The notes under the pieces were generated by a model. That model was not told where the DNA came from, made no database searches, and worked only from the letters and a program-made list of their open reading frames with translations. This document shows, in pieces, positions 31,101 to 38,478 of a stretch of 64,000 nucleotides of DNA. Made by a program: the position numbers and the translations under genes. This DNA is from Candidatus Heimdallarchaeum endolithica (GTDB lineage: Archaea; Asgardarchaeota; Heimdallarchaeia; Heimdallarchaeales; Heimdallarchaeaceae). The stretch lies in assembly GCA_021513715.1 (NCBI GenBank), contig CP084167.1:2400001-2464000 (forward strand), written 5' to 3'. Each line of letters opens with the position of its first letter. The stretch's first letter is position 1.

Positions 31101-34100
31101 CACATTTTGGAAAAATGTACATCAAAATTGGAAAGCTTATGTTATTCTTCTCTCTTCAATAGCCTTTACCGCTTACCTTTATTATGCTTGTATAACAATG
31201 GGTACCACTTATAACCCTCTCTTTTTCTATGTCGGACAAATAGTCAAGTTTTCGCTTGTTGTTCAAGGTTCGATGTTTGTTGGAATGGTTCTATTAGATT
31301 TGTTTAATAAACCTAACTTTATAGCTGAAGGACTTAGTTTCCAATTTAGTTATATGATAAATAAGATAAAAACAATTTTTTGCAACGTTGCTAAATTTAT
31401 TACCTCTGTGTGGAATGTTCTTTGGGACAATAATCTCACTTTTAATGATAAACTTGAATATCTAAAAGGACTAGCAAAACGTGCTCTTGATACTGTTATT
31501 TCTTTCTTCAAGAAAATATATAAGTACCTTACAGTTGCAATGAAAGCCTTGTACGGATTTATTAAAAATGGTGTAAGAGATATTAGCTATCAATCTTTAT
31601 CTTATACTACTAGACGTTTTCTCTTCATTTTACTTTGGATATTTACCGTCGGAGGGTGTACTGGACTTTCTAGTACATACGAATATGATTTTGTTAAATC
31701 AAATACAGCAGATCTTCTCCATCTAAATTATCTCGCTAACCATATTGATGCTCTAGATAACAATATTCTACTCAATTATTATGGAGGAATAGACTTCAAA
31801 GCAGGTTCAGAAAACCTATTTATGACTTTACTTATGTCATCAGCTCATAGTTTCGCTAAAACTGTTTCTGGAGAAAATAATTATCCTTACTTTGATGAAG
31901 AACAATGGTTAAATAATGATACTCGAGCTTATTGGGCAACAGAATTCTTGAGAGAATTGGGATTTGTTGTACAAGTAAGTGAAACAGTAGGTGCAAACGT
32001 TTCAAAAATTTTTGTTCCTTATACTAAAGATAGAAAAAATAACCATCTACCAGAATCTGAAAACAAAGAGGCAGATATCGTTGTTTACAAAGTTTATGAT
32101 AATGAATACGACCCTGACTCTACGTGGCATTATGAATGGTTTATGGGACTAAGTGACAATGTCCATCTTCCTGGAGGAGTAGCACTAGGAGTATCTGAGT
32201 CCTTCTTTATGGGCGCAATGGAGATGTTCTTAGCTAAGTTTGATTATACCGCTTTATGGCAAGATGTAAGAGATGTTTACTTAGATCCAAGCGACTTCTA
32301 TCGCCATTTGGCAATGGTACAAATACCAGGAGACATAGCTGCTATTCTAAGTCAAGGACCTGACCCCTATCTCGTTGCACAAGATATATTACAAAAACAG
32401 ATGAAAGATGGACAACAATTCAAACATGCTTACGAAGAAACCTTAGAACTTTTATCAGAAGATATGAGAAATTTGGGACTTATGAGTACTAAACAGATTG
32501 GTTTTAACCCACAGAGAGAATATGTCAGATTGAACTTTGATTCAATAGAAGATATAGTCGCTAATAGAAAATATTTATCGAATCTTAAACAAAGAAAAGA
32601 ACTTGCACGAATGTTACAATCAGGAGTGATACTCCAATTTATTCAATGGGGACTCTTTGCTCCTCAAATGATTTATCAGAAAGTTTTAGGAACAGTAATG
32701 AGTTTACCTGAAGCTTTAGCTTTTTCCGGATTCCAACTTTTTCTCCAGATGTTTGGTGGAAGAATGAGTACAAGTAAAATGGTTCGTATGCTATCTAACA
32801 CCCAACTTTCAACTTTACAACGTGATAAACGTTGGTACCAACTAATGCAATCGTTTGGACATGCTTATTGGTACAATTATGTAATGGAATGGCTCTACTC
32901 TTTACAAGATATTTCTGACTCAAAAATACTAGAAATATTATCCACTACTTACCCAGAAATGGTTCCAAGATTATCAAAGTTCCTACCAATTGCGGAAAGA
33001 GAAGGAATAGAGCTAAAAGATAAGTATGTAGATGGAAAAAATGCAAAACTAGACTACTTCTCATCAGATGAAAGTTTCAAATCTAAGATTACTGATGAAA
33101 TGATTAAAAAATTCTTCATTGAAGAATTAAAAAAACTAATAGATAGCATTTTTGATACTAGAGGAAATTACAAAAATATTCTCCAAGAGTTTAACGAACA
33201 ACAAATAGATGAATTTAGTAAAAAGGATATAGATAATATAATTAAAACCTTAGATAGCTCTAATAATGACTTATCCTCAGTTCGAGAATTACTTTATCGA
33301 TTTATTAACCCTCAACTTGTAGGAAATTTAGAAAATGGGAAAATCGTTGTAGGTTTAGTAATAGACAATAGAGGAAATGTTAGAATACCTCTAACTAAAA
33401 TAACTAAAGAAGGTATATTAAATGGACAGATACCTGAAGCATATTCTATAGGCACAAAATACTTCAAGGGCTCGTTTATGTACAACATCCTTAAACAAAT
33501 TTATAACTTAGTTCAACTGAATGCACTCTTTAACGAAGATAGACTATTGAAACTTACAGAAAGTTCATCTAGGAAAATAGATGATGATATTAAAAGCTTA
33601 ATGACAAAGCTAATTAACGAAGATAAACAACTGCAATCTTGGTTAGTTAACAATAAACTAATTACCGACGAAAAACTGAAATTTACTACAAAAGAGCTGA
33701 ATGAAAATAAATTTGGGAATATACTCCTAAAAATTCTAAAAAGATATTATTCTACTGATATTCCGCAGTCTGTTCAAGGAGAACTGTTTTTCATAGGATT
33801 AACTTTCTTTAGAGACGCCTTAATTTTAACCAGTGATGTTCATAAAAAAATGAAAATTGCTCAAATAAATGCTTTAAATGAAATAAGAATCAAACATGGT
33901 TTACCAATTATTGACATTATAAGTCCTTGGTTAAAAATAATTTATGATGAAAATGGTAGAGCAACAGATATAGTAGCAAATGTTAAGGATGAGCATGGAT
34001 ATTATTTGAGTTGGTTAAAGTTATTTTTACGTTCAGAAGAAACCAAAAATCCATATGATGACTATCACGCTGGAAAAACTGGATCCGACGGACTAGTAAA

Positions 34101-37100
34101 AGGAATAAAAGGCTATGTATTTCAAGATGAAAGTACTAAAGAATTTATATTTTATGACGTACTAACTAAAATGGAATTTAAACTGTCTATCTCTAATCAT
34201 GGAAAAAATCCTTCTTTATTTTCACCTAAAGCTGTATTTGAAATTCCATATTCACAGATGACAGAGGAAAGTAAAGCATTTGTTGAAAAAATGGATTATA
34301 ATATTAAAACTGATCCAAATGATCCCAACTCAAAAAAAATTGAAACGCATGAACTAATTAACTATGGATTGAAAAACTCAAAGAATGTAATAGAAACAAT
34401 TCAAAGATATTTAGACCTATATCCTAACAAGGTTAGTCAAAAGGTTTATGAAACAATTACTGAGAATGAAATAAAAAATTTATTTAATTCTAAAAATAAA
34501 GATGCAGGTTTCAATGTGATGCATGTCTACCAAAAACAAACATTATATGCTGATTTATACGCTCTTGCTGCAGGAGAACTTGTTCCTATTAAAGACGAAG
34601 ATGGATTTATTATTCTATTCGATAATGGAAAAGAAACAAATTACAGACAAATATTACTAAATGAAAAAGATATGTTGGGAAAGAGAGTAAGCAATATGAA
34701 GTTTGGTTTGTATACTCCAGTATATGAAGTAAATAATTTAGAAAAAATTAATATTAGAGGAAAATATTATCCCATCTATCTTCATGGGGAAACATTCGCC
34801 AGACATACGAAAAATGGAATGAAATATAATAACATTATACCCATTACTTGTGCAGATAACACTAAACTAAATATCATGCCAGCAATATTTTATGAACCTG
34901 AAAATAAACTATTTTACTCTTTCAAATCTGATATGTCTATTTGGACAGGTAAAACGGCAGAAGAATTAAGAAAAAATATTAAACAAGATTTAGATGGTAA
35001 AGTCTCAAATGAAAACGATAATGTTAACTTACCCTATATCTATATTTCAACAAATGCAGAAATTGTTAACAATCAAATCAAAGTGGAACTAGCACAAAAA
35101 TTAGTCAATAATCTAGCTAACGGAGAAATAGATGATCAAGGAATAGAAAAGAAAATAAAATGGAAACTATCCCTATTTAATTCAGTATATGAACCTAAAG
35201 AAGGAAATAACTGGTATGACTACTATTCACCGAATGTGGGAACATTTGCAAGTATAGGGACTAATGGAAAAAGTTCAAGAATCACTAGCGATTTGATCAT
35301 TAAGAATGGGGACAGGCTTGAAGCAAAAGAAGTAAATTTTGAATATGGGAAGGTACCAATTAGATATTTAAAATTATTCAACATAATGAGTACTGGCGAT
35401 TATTATAGCAGTAATTTTGATAAATATAGTAAGGAAGGTTATAACAAATTCTATTCAGTTCAAGGAAAACTATTAATGTCTATACAAGATGGAATAGAAT
35501 GGGATATGCACGTAGAAGATATAGTGGGAGATTTATTTTTACTCAGAAATTCTATAAAAGTAGAAGTTGATTCACAAAAAAAAGGACAGGATAATATTGC
35601 ACTCCTAGGCAAAAACGGTATAATAGAGGCTTTAAGAGGTGGTCAGACTAGATGGAAAAAGATGACAATTAAAGAACTAGAAAATCTAGCACAAGCTATT
35701 CAAATCAGACATAAATTATTTAAATTCCTTGATACAGAAATAAATGTTGGAACGGAGATGGTTAATGCAGTTGGAATAAAATATTATTCTTTAGAGATGG
35801 AACAAGAAATCTATGCTGCAGGTGTAGAAATAGAAAAAATAAAAGATACATATGACATCAAAAAATCAATAGATGATATAATAAGCATAATGCAAAAAGT
35901 ATATGGAAAAGAAGAAATTAATGTGTATGATGAAGAAATCCCATATATAGAAACAATATACAATGAAAAAATATACTTGTATGATTTTATAAATTACAGA
36001 GACGGAACAATTTCAGAAAGTAAAAGGAAAAAGATAGAAGAAGAATTAGTAAACAATAAAATAAAAGTAGGTACAGAATCTGGAATATACGGAAGCTCAA
36101 GTATTAATATCCTAAATTTGATTAATCCAAAAGACAACGAATTAATAGGTCGAGTAAATATTAAATCAATTTCTACTATGTTAGAAGCCGTATTTTCACA
36201 AAAAAGTGAATATAGTATTGGAACTTTCTTACCTGAAATATTTGAAGAACCCAGAAAAGAACTGAAAAAAATATACAGGTTAAAAGAAGAAGAAAAACTT
36301 ACTCCTAAAATAATATTAGACAATGAACCCTATTTAAAAGAAGCTTTAATTATGTATATTATAGATTTAGCAGAAGCTATATATAAGAAATCTATTCACC
36401 AAAATTTAAATTCAAGAGGAATTTCCCAAATAAAGGACACACTTATATATTATAATAAAAATAAATTACAAAAAATTGGTTCAATCATAGAGTATGAGAA
36501 TAAAAGGAAACAAGTAATAAATTATTTAAAAGAAGAACTTGGACTAAATAGAAATTCACAAAAATATAGCGAAGAAGAAGAGTACCTAAATCTTTTAAAA
36601 ATATTTATTATAGACATTTTTCGATTTAATGTAGATCTTAAACTTTTCCAAAAATTCATTTTCCTAACATCAAAACAAGAATTAGTAGGTGGTTCAGGAT
36701 GTTACAAGAGAAAACTACTAGTACCAATGCTTGCATTAAACTTTTTGATGAAAATATATGATATTTATACTGGATATAGAACATGGAAAATAATATCAGA
36801 TGAGGAAATAATAATAGATAATGGAGCAGGACTGGATGGACTGAGGTTTCTAAAAAGAATCAACAGAATAGAAAATAAAGCATTAAAATTATATGAAGAA
36901 ATAAGAACAAAAGCAAAATTAGAAAATACATTAATAACAAAAGAATATTTGGAAAACTATAGAACTGTCAACACAGTAGAAAAAACAGAAGAAAGAATGA
37001 TAGTTGATGTACTAATAAAACTCTACAGTGAAAATGTCCCCATGCCTGCAACTGTTATACTAAAGAACTTCAATGGAGAAATAATTAAAAAACCGACAAA

Positions 37101-37404
37101 AGAAGATATATTATATATACAACTATACACAATAGTGAGATCACAACAAGAACTAGACGCAATAAATGCATTAAAAGGAATAGATTTGTTGAAATTTTAT
37201 ATGAGCGCTACAATACTAACTGTACATAATAGATTATTAAAAGACAAAATAAAAGGCTCTTTTTGGCTTAAAATGAAAAGTGGATTTGAGAAACTTCTAT
37301 CTGACACTGGAGCTACAGCAATTGATGTATCCGAAGCGTTGATAACCTATGCAAACATGGAAAAATACTTCTTTATATGGCGAAATAATTATTCCGATCG
37401 ATAA
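19105..37404 (+). CDS. Giant (6099 aa) exported/membrane protein: beta-rich ectodomain, hydrophobic helical region, charged C-terminal region
   Basis: Uninterrupted 18.3-kb ORF with an ATGA overlap to the upstream stop; N-terminal signal/TM; lectin/LamG-like beta segments; TM-like helices at aa ~4010-4190 and ~4510-4550; K/E-rich last ~1500 aa. Confidence 0.85.
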   Translation: MKKIITNKKIKSLKVSFLTIIIIIGVTFGDITHVISDYSYHPTNEFYFFHDRYFSVNNTFGWKGDYDIKSKSLSILDDHSIKKSVDISTWNGYSPLLLTVRTNTESSDAIDQLLIYDSNTSSIIMEKNNINVLRSVRIDYYIFPSTEYITIKIKDSDSNVYDCNIKEVALFTPQYHQIDLLSNTYAVPEEDYPLARWYETEYGYVTDQYLEHNARVVKTNEVEYGFSELSFYFEVPSVYMPTLNYMFSSAKETEQTIYQIDISVLDFDARTSYYTLKSEKEIYDSYPTINAVDLSSYAGHYINLKVKITWSNNIELSKLGLIINYLFIDGIVNEDYYTPGDTIAAEEYSKSLYKSKVKEIDDFTFIEGEGYVSYSNPLLMIDNNVEGGYLSYQIQNSVSVYEDDFYDIDLDGWYYNTNYTSNVDSSLYTDTLTNETKTTVHYDQNFNDSYIIDTSFTILGTSESRQSTFTILFNYDNNTHSGYGLRFGYGDEEKGYISLIRIINNLETELYFRNEEILKDVSYSISIIYSKNGTTVEISNSETINVYDSAFNNGFLGFAFDTIKAQITSVSVQMRDEYAIDRLHFRAMNTGTENVDVNFYVDQIDGNGLSRQLLAKIVLEKGKGLKQYTCPINPELIGFRVILSVEIVTPFIFPIYLDTIQFSGATPFGYTRYAWDYYRKGSKAYVDHDKLYYDGNEPSAYETPFDFTDSTDEIFYPKFGMNTPWQKIYDYEDSSNLFTSFDKFGDWKGIIDVTKSIHFSLTNNTNSMYGVKSLAPFQISGDFDIHLTFSSTSSFSFYDVLQVGLKNNEGDTFLAVGRKGDIYYLLIDGQERKVVSLTQSLTDFVFHLQWNNGTLTFEFGEKEIFSLFLDEPALYQSISNIELVIASQDFFDTTLKSVSAAYKNGYTTLRHRIFEEKFTDKSFSQWEVENSSTDYARIVNSQLYSYFGNSSDWHGVTLSHKQSLGLNFILEYGFDVLQSDKESKGKQKLSLMSNETEVLSVILEDIQSNDETPVMKINLYGTLIDSYILPSICINHALRIKKEGLNVQISYYDTLSWKDYLSFQINPNELNIDELVLSQEKYENLPYSDFYINYLSVDRYYYNMGYETNAVHSVLNEEFYSTITTDSNWIIDYTNCNESDIDFVNDEDILYLTPNNPNIATGTINFTRILSNVTDIEFTLDLMYSLIAIYKTGEFIININGGDLSLWLKFNGENITLTLSSQIESQSTTINKNFFDHNTLRLISSSSGLTLYSDFIKLGKLQPLLSIDSYAVSLRSVSLIIQTNFNSNPISFGLGRLAISDSDITVYQSPWSDGYTIINDYFSELNWATRGYNYYTQPFTITDGSQLQTKFTTERNDWYGNTYSKDYTFEMDFFMDVRFSFILNGDNGYQSFILENKIKYQNLIEVRFISENESICIQLLIQNVVVDSIIYEHSIIGGILRIQRIGDRVDVYGDWISNQHSFEKMFSYTNNLKDIYIDRIKIRQLSKTSSAHTMCIDGLYLNTRTLPVPNPYTPAIGEFVPLTYSTTFQSIDDYTSYVYGNVNSENVPFTHTNGLQTLFDFDSFSNEFRGRTFYKDIVCVDDFIFTFDISVNISYNKVGLLNIEFLDNSYQTVFLIQVITNDTLKINLYLRSSLIYTYEDEISSLLTNSFRLARAGTKILFGVFRGDYYVPLGSPLESSVSLLSSFNSDLFGMKITQAALFNNVTSPNSIVLNRIEINTASSDESNLIYRESINDPNFIASYDMWIRNETKLSISAFSNYYTGENITERLQLSIYLLPIGMPFSIDPENYVGSIIFLDNDIDTYTHSLMIIGYTGLFEVIVCIDRMIPISLFTLETSAPSSYAEAEKDYEYQSDIFGWEEEFEGYTNPTGWDESVWTKEIFISQETMTKDLWTCYNTQIQFTSSSLIIKHISQYKGTVTINIPPVNVSLYPFLSFDIMTTERFASESISLVIGNKSIDITPTIDTTLGFTTVRKNLYELIYPNVNETVGQITFAIYNPCTITIRNLQIYKIYDYDYVHYSNGENNSTADSVADIGFHVGTNTLIAFLLGRYCSQSRAEQELDIVNNIKAMYDVPVVSFYSDDINFIYWFNDSINLNKRVLLIVFDEIPTKLLDTYYYYDDFGRPFETSLLEDFQRNGNYLLWIGSAPFSKGVNPEGNLIDLDYEDYKQFSGQIVETDIDLQVNISDFGEELGISPYSTSWFVNVSSMPSSLGEWIGGYVNITGLIYNSSEHGNDILLHPYNYYFHMLSSFLGHNYGFLGVTDTSILVRLLDIVFIPPTQYDKIFGNLILKGPIFLEKRWSFEDQFQFLYVGTTDLVNVIIDNKSLTYAFPDILELEEYSISSVDGFSLVTNSSNIVSIDSITFINQGASTTPSVFNFDEPNSLDFKQNFVPISGGFDYDNGDENYVLKWRNNLSQPYSAALLDTQSYGDSVIQFEMGVYPTGDETHIGGIMLNIPVINSSSLFFDSLFIGFKMVGGGDLTFPLSLFVARYYSPTSYTVLYEKEITKLGNSFGGNNDILAPLKLTIIKTVTSTGLKLSIYSKVYRVYPYYGADELLEIQIENDGIYNCKTAWFGQDYSFDYDMRGTGKIGIFTTSTSFTFHHLSVYTTIANTCGDYVNLASGTSHISSDGLWLEGIMETAFQENVDTNYIFSIFDPSQSVASFDKKKYVEVSIVNTLGQKRSIVFSLGGWGTYVDNESIVGQPLYSYRTVDPFYSISSKEYDGTYMVIVTVDKGEIVFKVWERDSLSTVYTKEFVGFEAINSEAEIKLRISTINTVAYIDYIANGKMQASDLSFAYGRGLLGAGEVSYWLKGDTRYSLVLDNSLITSSYRVSNESLNTLYSTFLLNETSNLGYVSKYNSNTVYNISIIENTLYFNNNNMNFTFVNEHWYDLSYSFNLTYQILSITDTSKNEACPVEWEFYVNTSIVDGTEYSIDIFSFDGIVLIDKLSLPSLSSNFYDKDLGEWTYDTNYNVPSFSNIYSNTSSYLQLMIYSLMGPVNVTVFGDGKYIGSTLLEYNPFSSYSPAIINLENFDTTGLHKYTLYIDNVVEFDSLCLGETLPITEFLYTAPDDDNSYTDSRFSLDFSDSPYYNEKLGKVLCLHNADNYSVSISNLTSVSSLELYYKIPSEDKLTITLPLKATYVNDYTYDTRNILFELILSGDETKDTEIYTQGYTNYQLIQVWDTITDDNIWHYYQSAFTFYLQSVEYMSVGQSKTYNLYNNFDVSSPTDSLYNLYSLSAIESFDNYNLSFIATTTTNVFIDSFSLYTPPTPTFPALDLRTFALSSSAHWKSVTTNNLGRLDFGDMFNLTPYDDFSFYFSFSLETIAECNGFLSISTNLAFTFLTPTMWDYQPKFIDQPTSTLLAIPISAIGGLNRFIFRVYNHGLLNLTNTTSLYFQINVGLDHTFTPRLNSIQLSKNELNQTYIPEWVVSTPSTWIDLEGEYTSASDWVPVYNNASSSWGTFDILQRSVPLAGDVVINNVTLSEESFEYSQTNNYGQIQILNDFDPELYSNNTQIMCTFYYYLFADITSENNFSLISNLDISNITAIVFDGLIIHQPTSWNGSSFSTLVPINNTENHFQLDISSNPYTISNNSYLGYELSTNWHKKGFHSVTFFLNGVNQYTHNFSMVIDGLTDILVPFASATDYSLDISDKLSQERIYITLDEYKGGKNIPYFSYVDVARRPYASKDYLYSVVNFDGIAFHVTRMVWIGVADYNTQDKIGYAICAIITDQGTNHEVHELYVQKIEVMSAVPCSTDLELEEKAQSMGLSPTSSLSHKLGLSQMYIASAISSSRHKSVVLGLQESNYKLEVINNTVTLFLTNIKDIEYWNTGEEHLHTGVLSNYNVTIDNHTFSNFNATQMKIVLQDRLITINLLSQQLHILSGENVFAYILGEDSLSVSSGSSKLIASSTGLFLISEVTPISADSRPLSSSDSLMSAQESLYEMAENIDLEGYFIAIARSRWRQFHDFIQTNVLCPLKTLAKSSNLVVKYIFNQLFTHNSTFWKNVHQNWKAYVILLSSIAFTAYLYYACITMGTTYNPLFFYVGQIVKFSLVVQGSMFVGMVLLDLFNKPNFIAEGLSFQFSYMINKIKTIFCNVAKFITSVWNVLWDNNLTFNDKLEYLKGLAKRALDTVISFFKKIYKYLTVAMKALYGFIKNGVRDISYQSLSYTTRRFLFILLWIFTVGGCTGLSSTYEYDFVKSNTADLLHLNYLANHIDALDNNILLNYYGGIDFKAGSENLFMTLLMSSAHSFAKTVSGENNYPYFDEEQWLNNDTRAYWATEFLRELGFVVQVSETVGANVSKIFVPYTKDRKNNHLPESENKEADIVVYKVYDNEYDPDSTWHYEWFMGLSDNVHLPGGVALGVSESFFMGAMEMFLAKFDYTALWQDVRDVYLDPSDFYRHLAMVQIPGDIAAILSQGPDPYLVAQDILQKQMKDGQQFKHAYEETLELLSEDMRNLGLMSTKQIGFNPQREYVRLNFDSIEDIVANRKYLSNLKQRKELARMLQSGVILQFIQWGLFAPQMIYQKVLGTVMSLPEALAFSGFQLFLQMFGGRMSTSKMVRMLSNTQLSTLQRDKRWYQLMQSFGHAYWYNYVMEWLYSLQDISDSKILEILSTTYPEMVPRLSKFLPIAEREGIELKDKYVDGKNAKLDYFSSDESFKSKITDEMIKKFFIEELKKLIDSIFDTRGNYKNILQEFNEQQIDEFSKKDIDNIIKTLDSSNNDLSSVRELLYRFINPQLVGNLENGKIVVGLVIDNRGNVRIPLTKITKEGILNGQIPEAYSIGTKYFKGSFMYNILKQIYNLVQLNALFNEDRLLKLTESSSRKIDDDIKSLMTKLINEDKQLQSWLVNNKLITDEKLKFTTKELNENKFGNILLKILKRYYSTDIPQSVQGELFFIGLTFFRDALILTSDVHKKMKIAQINALNEIRIKHGLPIIDIISPWLKIIYDENGRATDIVANVKDEHGYYLSWLKLFLRSEETKNPYDDYHAGKTGSDGLVKGIKGYVFQDESTKEFIFYDVLTKMEFKLSISNHGKNPSLFSPKAVFEIPYSQMTEESKAFVEKMDYNIKTDPNDPNSKKIETHELINYGLKNSKNVIETIQRYLDLYPNKVSQKVYETITENEIKNLFNSKNKDAGFNVMHVYQKQTLYADLYALAAGELVPIKDEDGFIILFDNGKETNYRQILLNEKDMLGKRVSNMKFGLYTPVYEVNNLEKINIRGKYYPIYLHGETFARHTKNGMKYNNIIPITCADNTKLNIMPAIFYEPENKLFYSFKSDMSIWTGKTAEELRKNIKQDLDGKVSNENDNVNLPYIYISTNAEIVNNQIKVELAQKLVNNLANGEIDDQGIEKKIKWKLSLFNSVYEPKEGNNWYDYYSPNVGTFASIGTNGKSSRITSDLIIKNGDRLEAKEVNFEYGKVPIRYLKLFNIMSTGDYYSSNFDKYSKEGYNKFYSVQGKLLMSIQDGIEWDMHVEDIVGDLFLLRNSIKVEVDSQKKGQDNIALLGKNGIIEALRGGQTRWKKMTIKELENLAQAIQIRHKLFKFLDTEINVGTEMVNAVGIKYYSLEMEQEIYAAGVEIEKIKDTYDIKKSIDDIISIMQKVYGKEEINVYDEEIPYIETIYNEKIYLYDFINYRDGTISESKRKKIEEELVNNKIKVGTESGIYGSSSINILNLINPKDNELIGRVNIKSISTMLEAVFSQKSEYSIGTFLPEIFEEPRKELKKIYRLKEEEKLTPKIILDNEPYLKEALIMYIIDLAEAIYKKSIHQNLNSRGISQIKDTLIYYNKNKLQKIGSIIEYENKRKQVINYLKEELGLNRNSQKYSEEEEYLNLLKIFIIDIFRFNVDLKLFQKFIFLTSKQELVGGSGCYKRKLLVPMLALNFLMKIYDIYTGYRTWKIISDEEIIIDNGAGLDGLRFLKRINRIENKALKLYEEIRTKAKLENTLITKEYLENYRTVNTVEKTEERMIVDVLIKLYSENVPMPATVILKNFNGEIIKKPTKEDILYIQLYTIVRSQQELDAINALKGIDLLKFYMSATILTVHNRLLKDKIKGSFWLKMKSGFEKLLSDTGATAIDVSEALITYANMEKYFFIWRNNYSDR

Positions 37405-37696
37405 ATAAGAAAACTAAAAGAAACATTAATAGATAAATAACTAAAAACCCTCTTCCATCTTTTTTAAAAGGTTAGAGCTCTTTTGTCCCGTTTTCTATAG
37501 ATTTTTTTTCTTTTAAAAATTTTTCCAAAGAAAACGAAAAGAATGAATTTTTGAATTTTATTTTTTTTTAGTCTTTTATGTGCGTTTAATTCTTTTTCTA
37601 TGAACTTTTTCAAGAGCAAGATTGACGTACAACAATTTGTATAAAAATCAAGTTGATCTCACTATTTTAATAAGTGTCCTATGTTACTTTATTTTA

Positions 37697-38428
37697 ATGA
37701 GCACAGAGTTTATTCGGGTAGAAAACCTTTGTAAGGCCTATATTTCTCCTGCAGAACGTTTGGACGTTCTTCGTGGTTGTTCTTTCACTATTTTCTCTGG
37801 TGATGTTGTTTGCCTTTTAGGTGTTAGTGGCTCTGGTAAGACTACTCTTTTAAATCTTCTTTCTGGTCTTGATTCTCCTACTTCTGGAGAAATCTATTAT
37901 GATGGTGTTCCTCTTCATTCTCTAACCTTGGACCAGATTTATGATTTTCGTCTAAAAAATATCGGTTTTATTTTCCAAGATTTTCATCTTTTAGAGCATT
38001 TTACAGCTCTTGAAAATGTTATGTCTCCCCTTCTTCTTCAAGGTCATTCAGAGTCTTTTTCTCGTAATCTTTCTTTGGATTTACTCTCTCAAGTTGGTTT
38101 ATCTGATAAAGTTGATAGTTATCCAGATCAACTAAGTTCTGGTCAAAAACAACGTGTTGCTATTGCTCGTTCTCTTGCAAAAGTTCCTTTTCCTCGTCTG
38201 CTTATTGCTGATGAACCTACAGGTACACTTGATTCTCGTACAGGTGATTCCATTATGGAGCTTATTCTTGGTCTTTCTGTTGAACATAATCTTACTACTA
38301 TTTTTACTACTCATGAACTATTTGTTGCTAAACTAGCTTCTCGCATTTTTTTGCTTCGTGGTGGAAAGGTTACTTCCCTTTTACCCTCTGATTTGAATAA
38401 TGAGTCTTTTCTTTCTTCCCTTGTATAA
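37697..38428 (+). CDS. ABC transporter ATP-binding protein (LolD/MacB-like)
   Basis: GVSGSGKT, IGFIFQDFHLL, LSSGQKQRVAIAR, ADEPTG; start taken at ATG 37697. Confidence 0.95.
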   Translation: MSTEFIRVENLCKAYISPAERLDVLRGCSFTIFSGDVVCLLGVSGSGKTTLLNLLSGLDSPTSGEIYYDGVPLHSLTLDQIYDFRLKNIGFIFQDFHLLEHFTALENVMSPLLLQGHSESFSRNLSLDLLSQVGLSDKVDSYPDQLSSGQKQRVAIARSLAKVPFPRLLIADEPTGTLDSRTGDSIMELILGLSVEHNLTTIFTTHELFVAKLASRIFLLRGGKVTSLLPSDLNNESFLSSLV

Positions 38429-38478
38429 TTTGAAAATTTAAATAGTTTAGATGTAATAAATTAATGTAGGATAGTAAA

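Larger units (their letters stand above)
1..37450. mobile_element. Aloposon-like integrated element (right part; left end outside window, right end approximate)
   Basis: Gene order is AbrB/MraZ-like gene, MinD/ParA ATPase, defence-type cargo, then tandem 3170- and 6099-aa genes; housekeeping genes resume after 37.6 kb. This matches my recollection of Heimdallarchaeum aloposons (tandem 3000-6000 aa genes downstream of a MinD/ParA-containing cluster). No integrase or att site is visible in the window. Confidence 0.65.

Noticed and set aside
37480-37503. TTTTGTCCCGTTTTCTATAGAT as a right-end copy of the 1966-2024 repeat
   Set aside because: Only partial similarity with altered spacing; not distinguishable from chance. 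No tRNA-fragment att duplicate was found.
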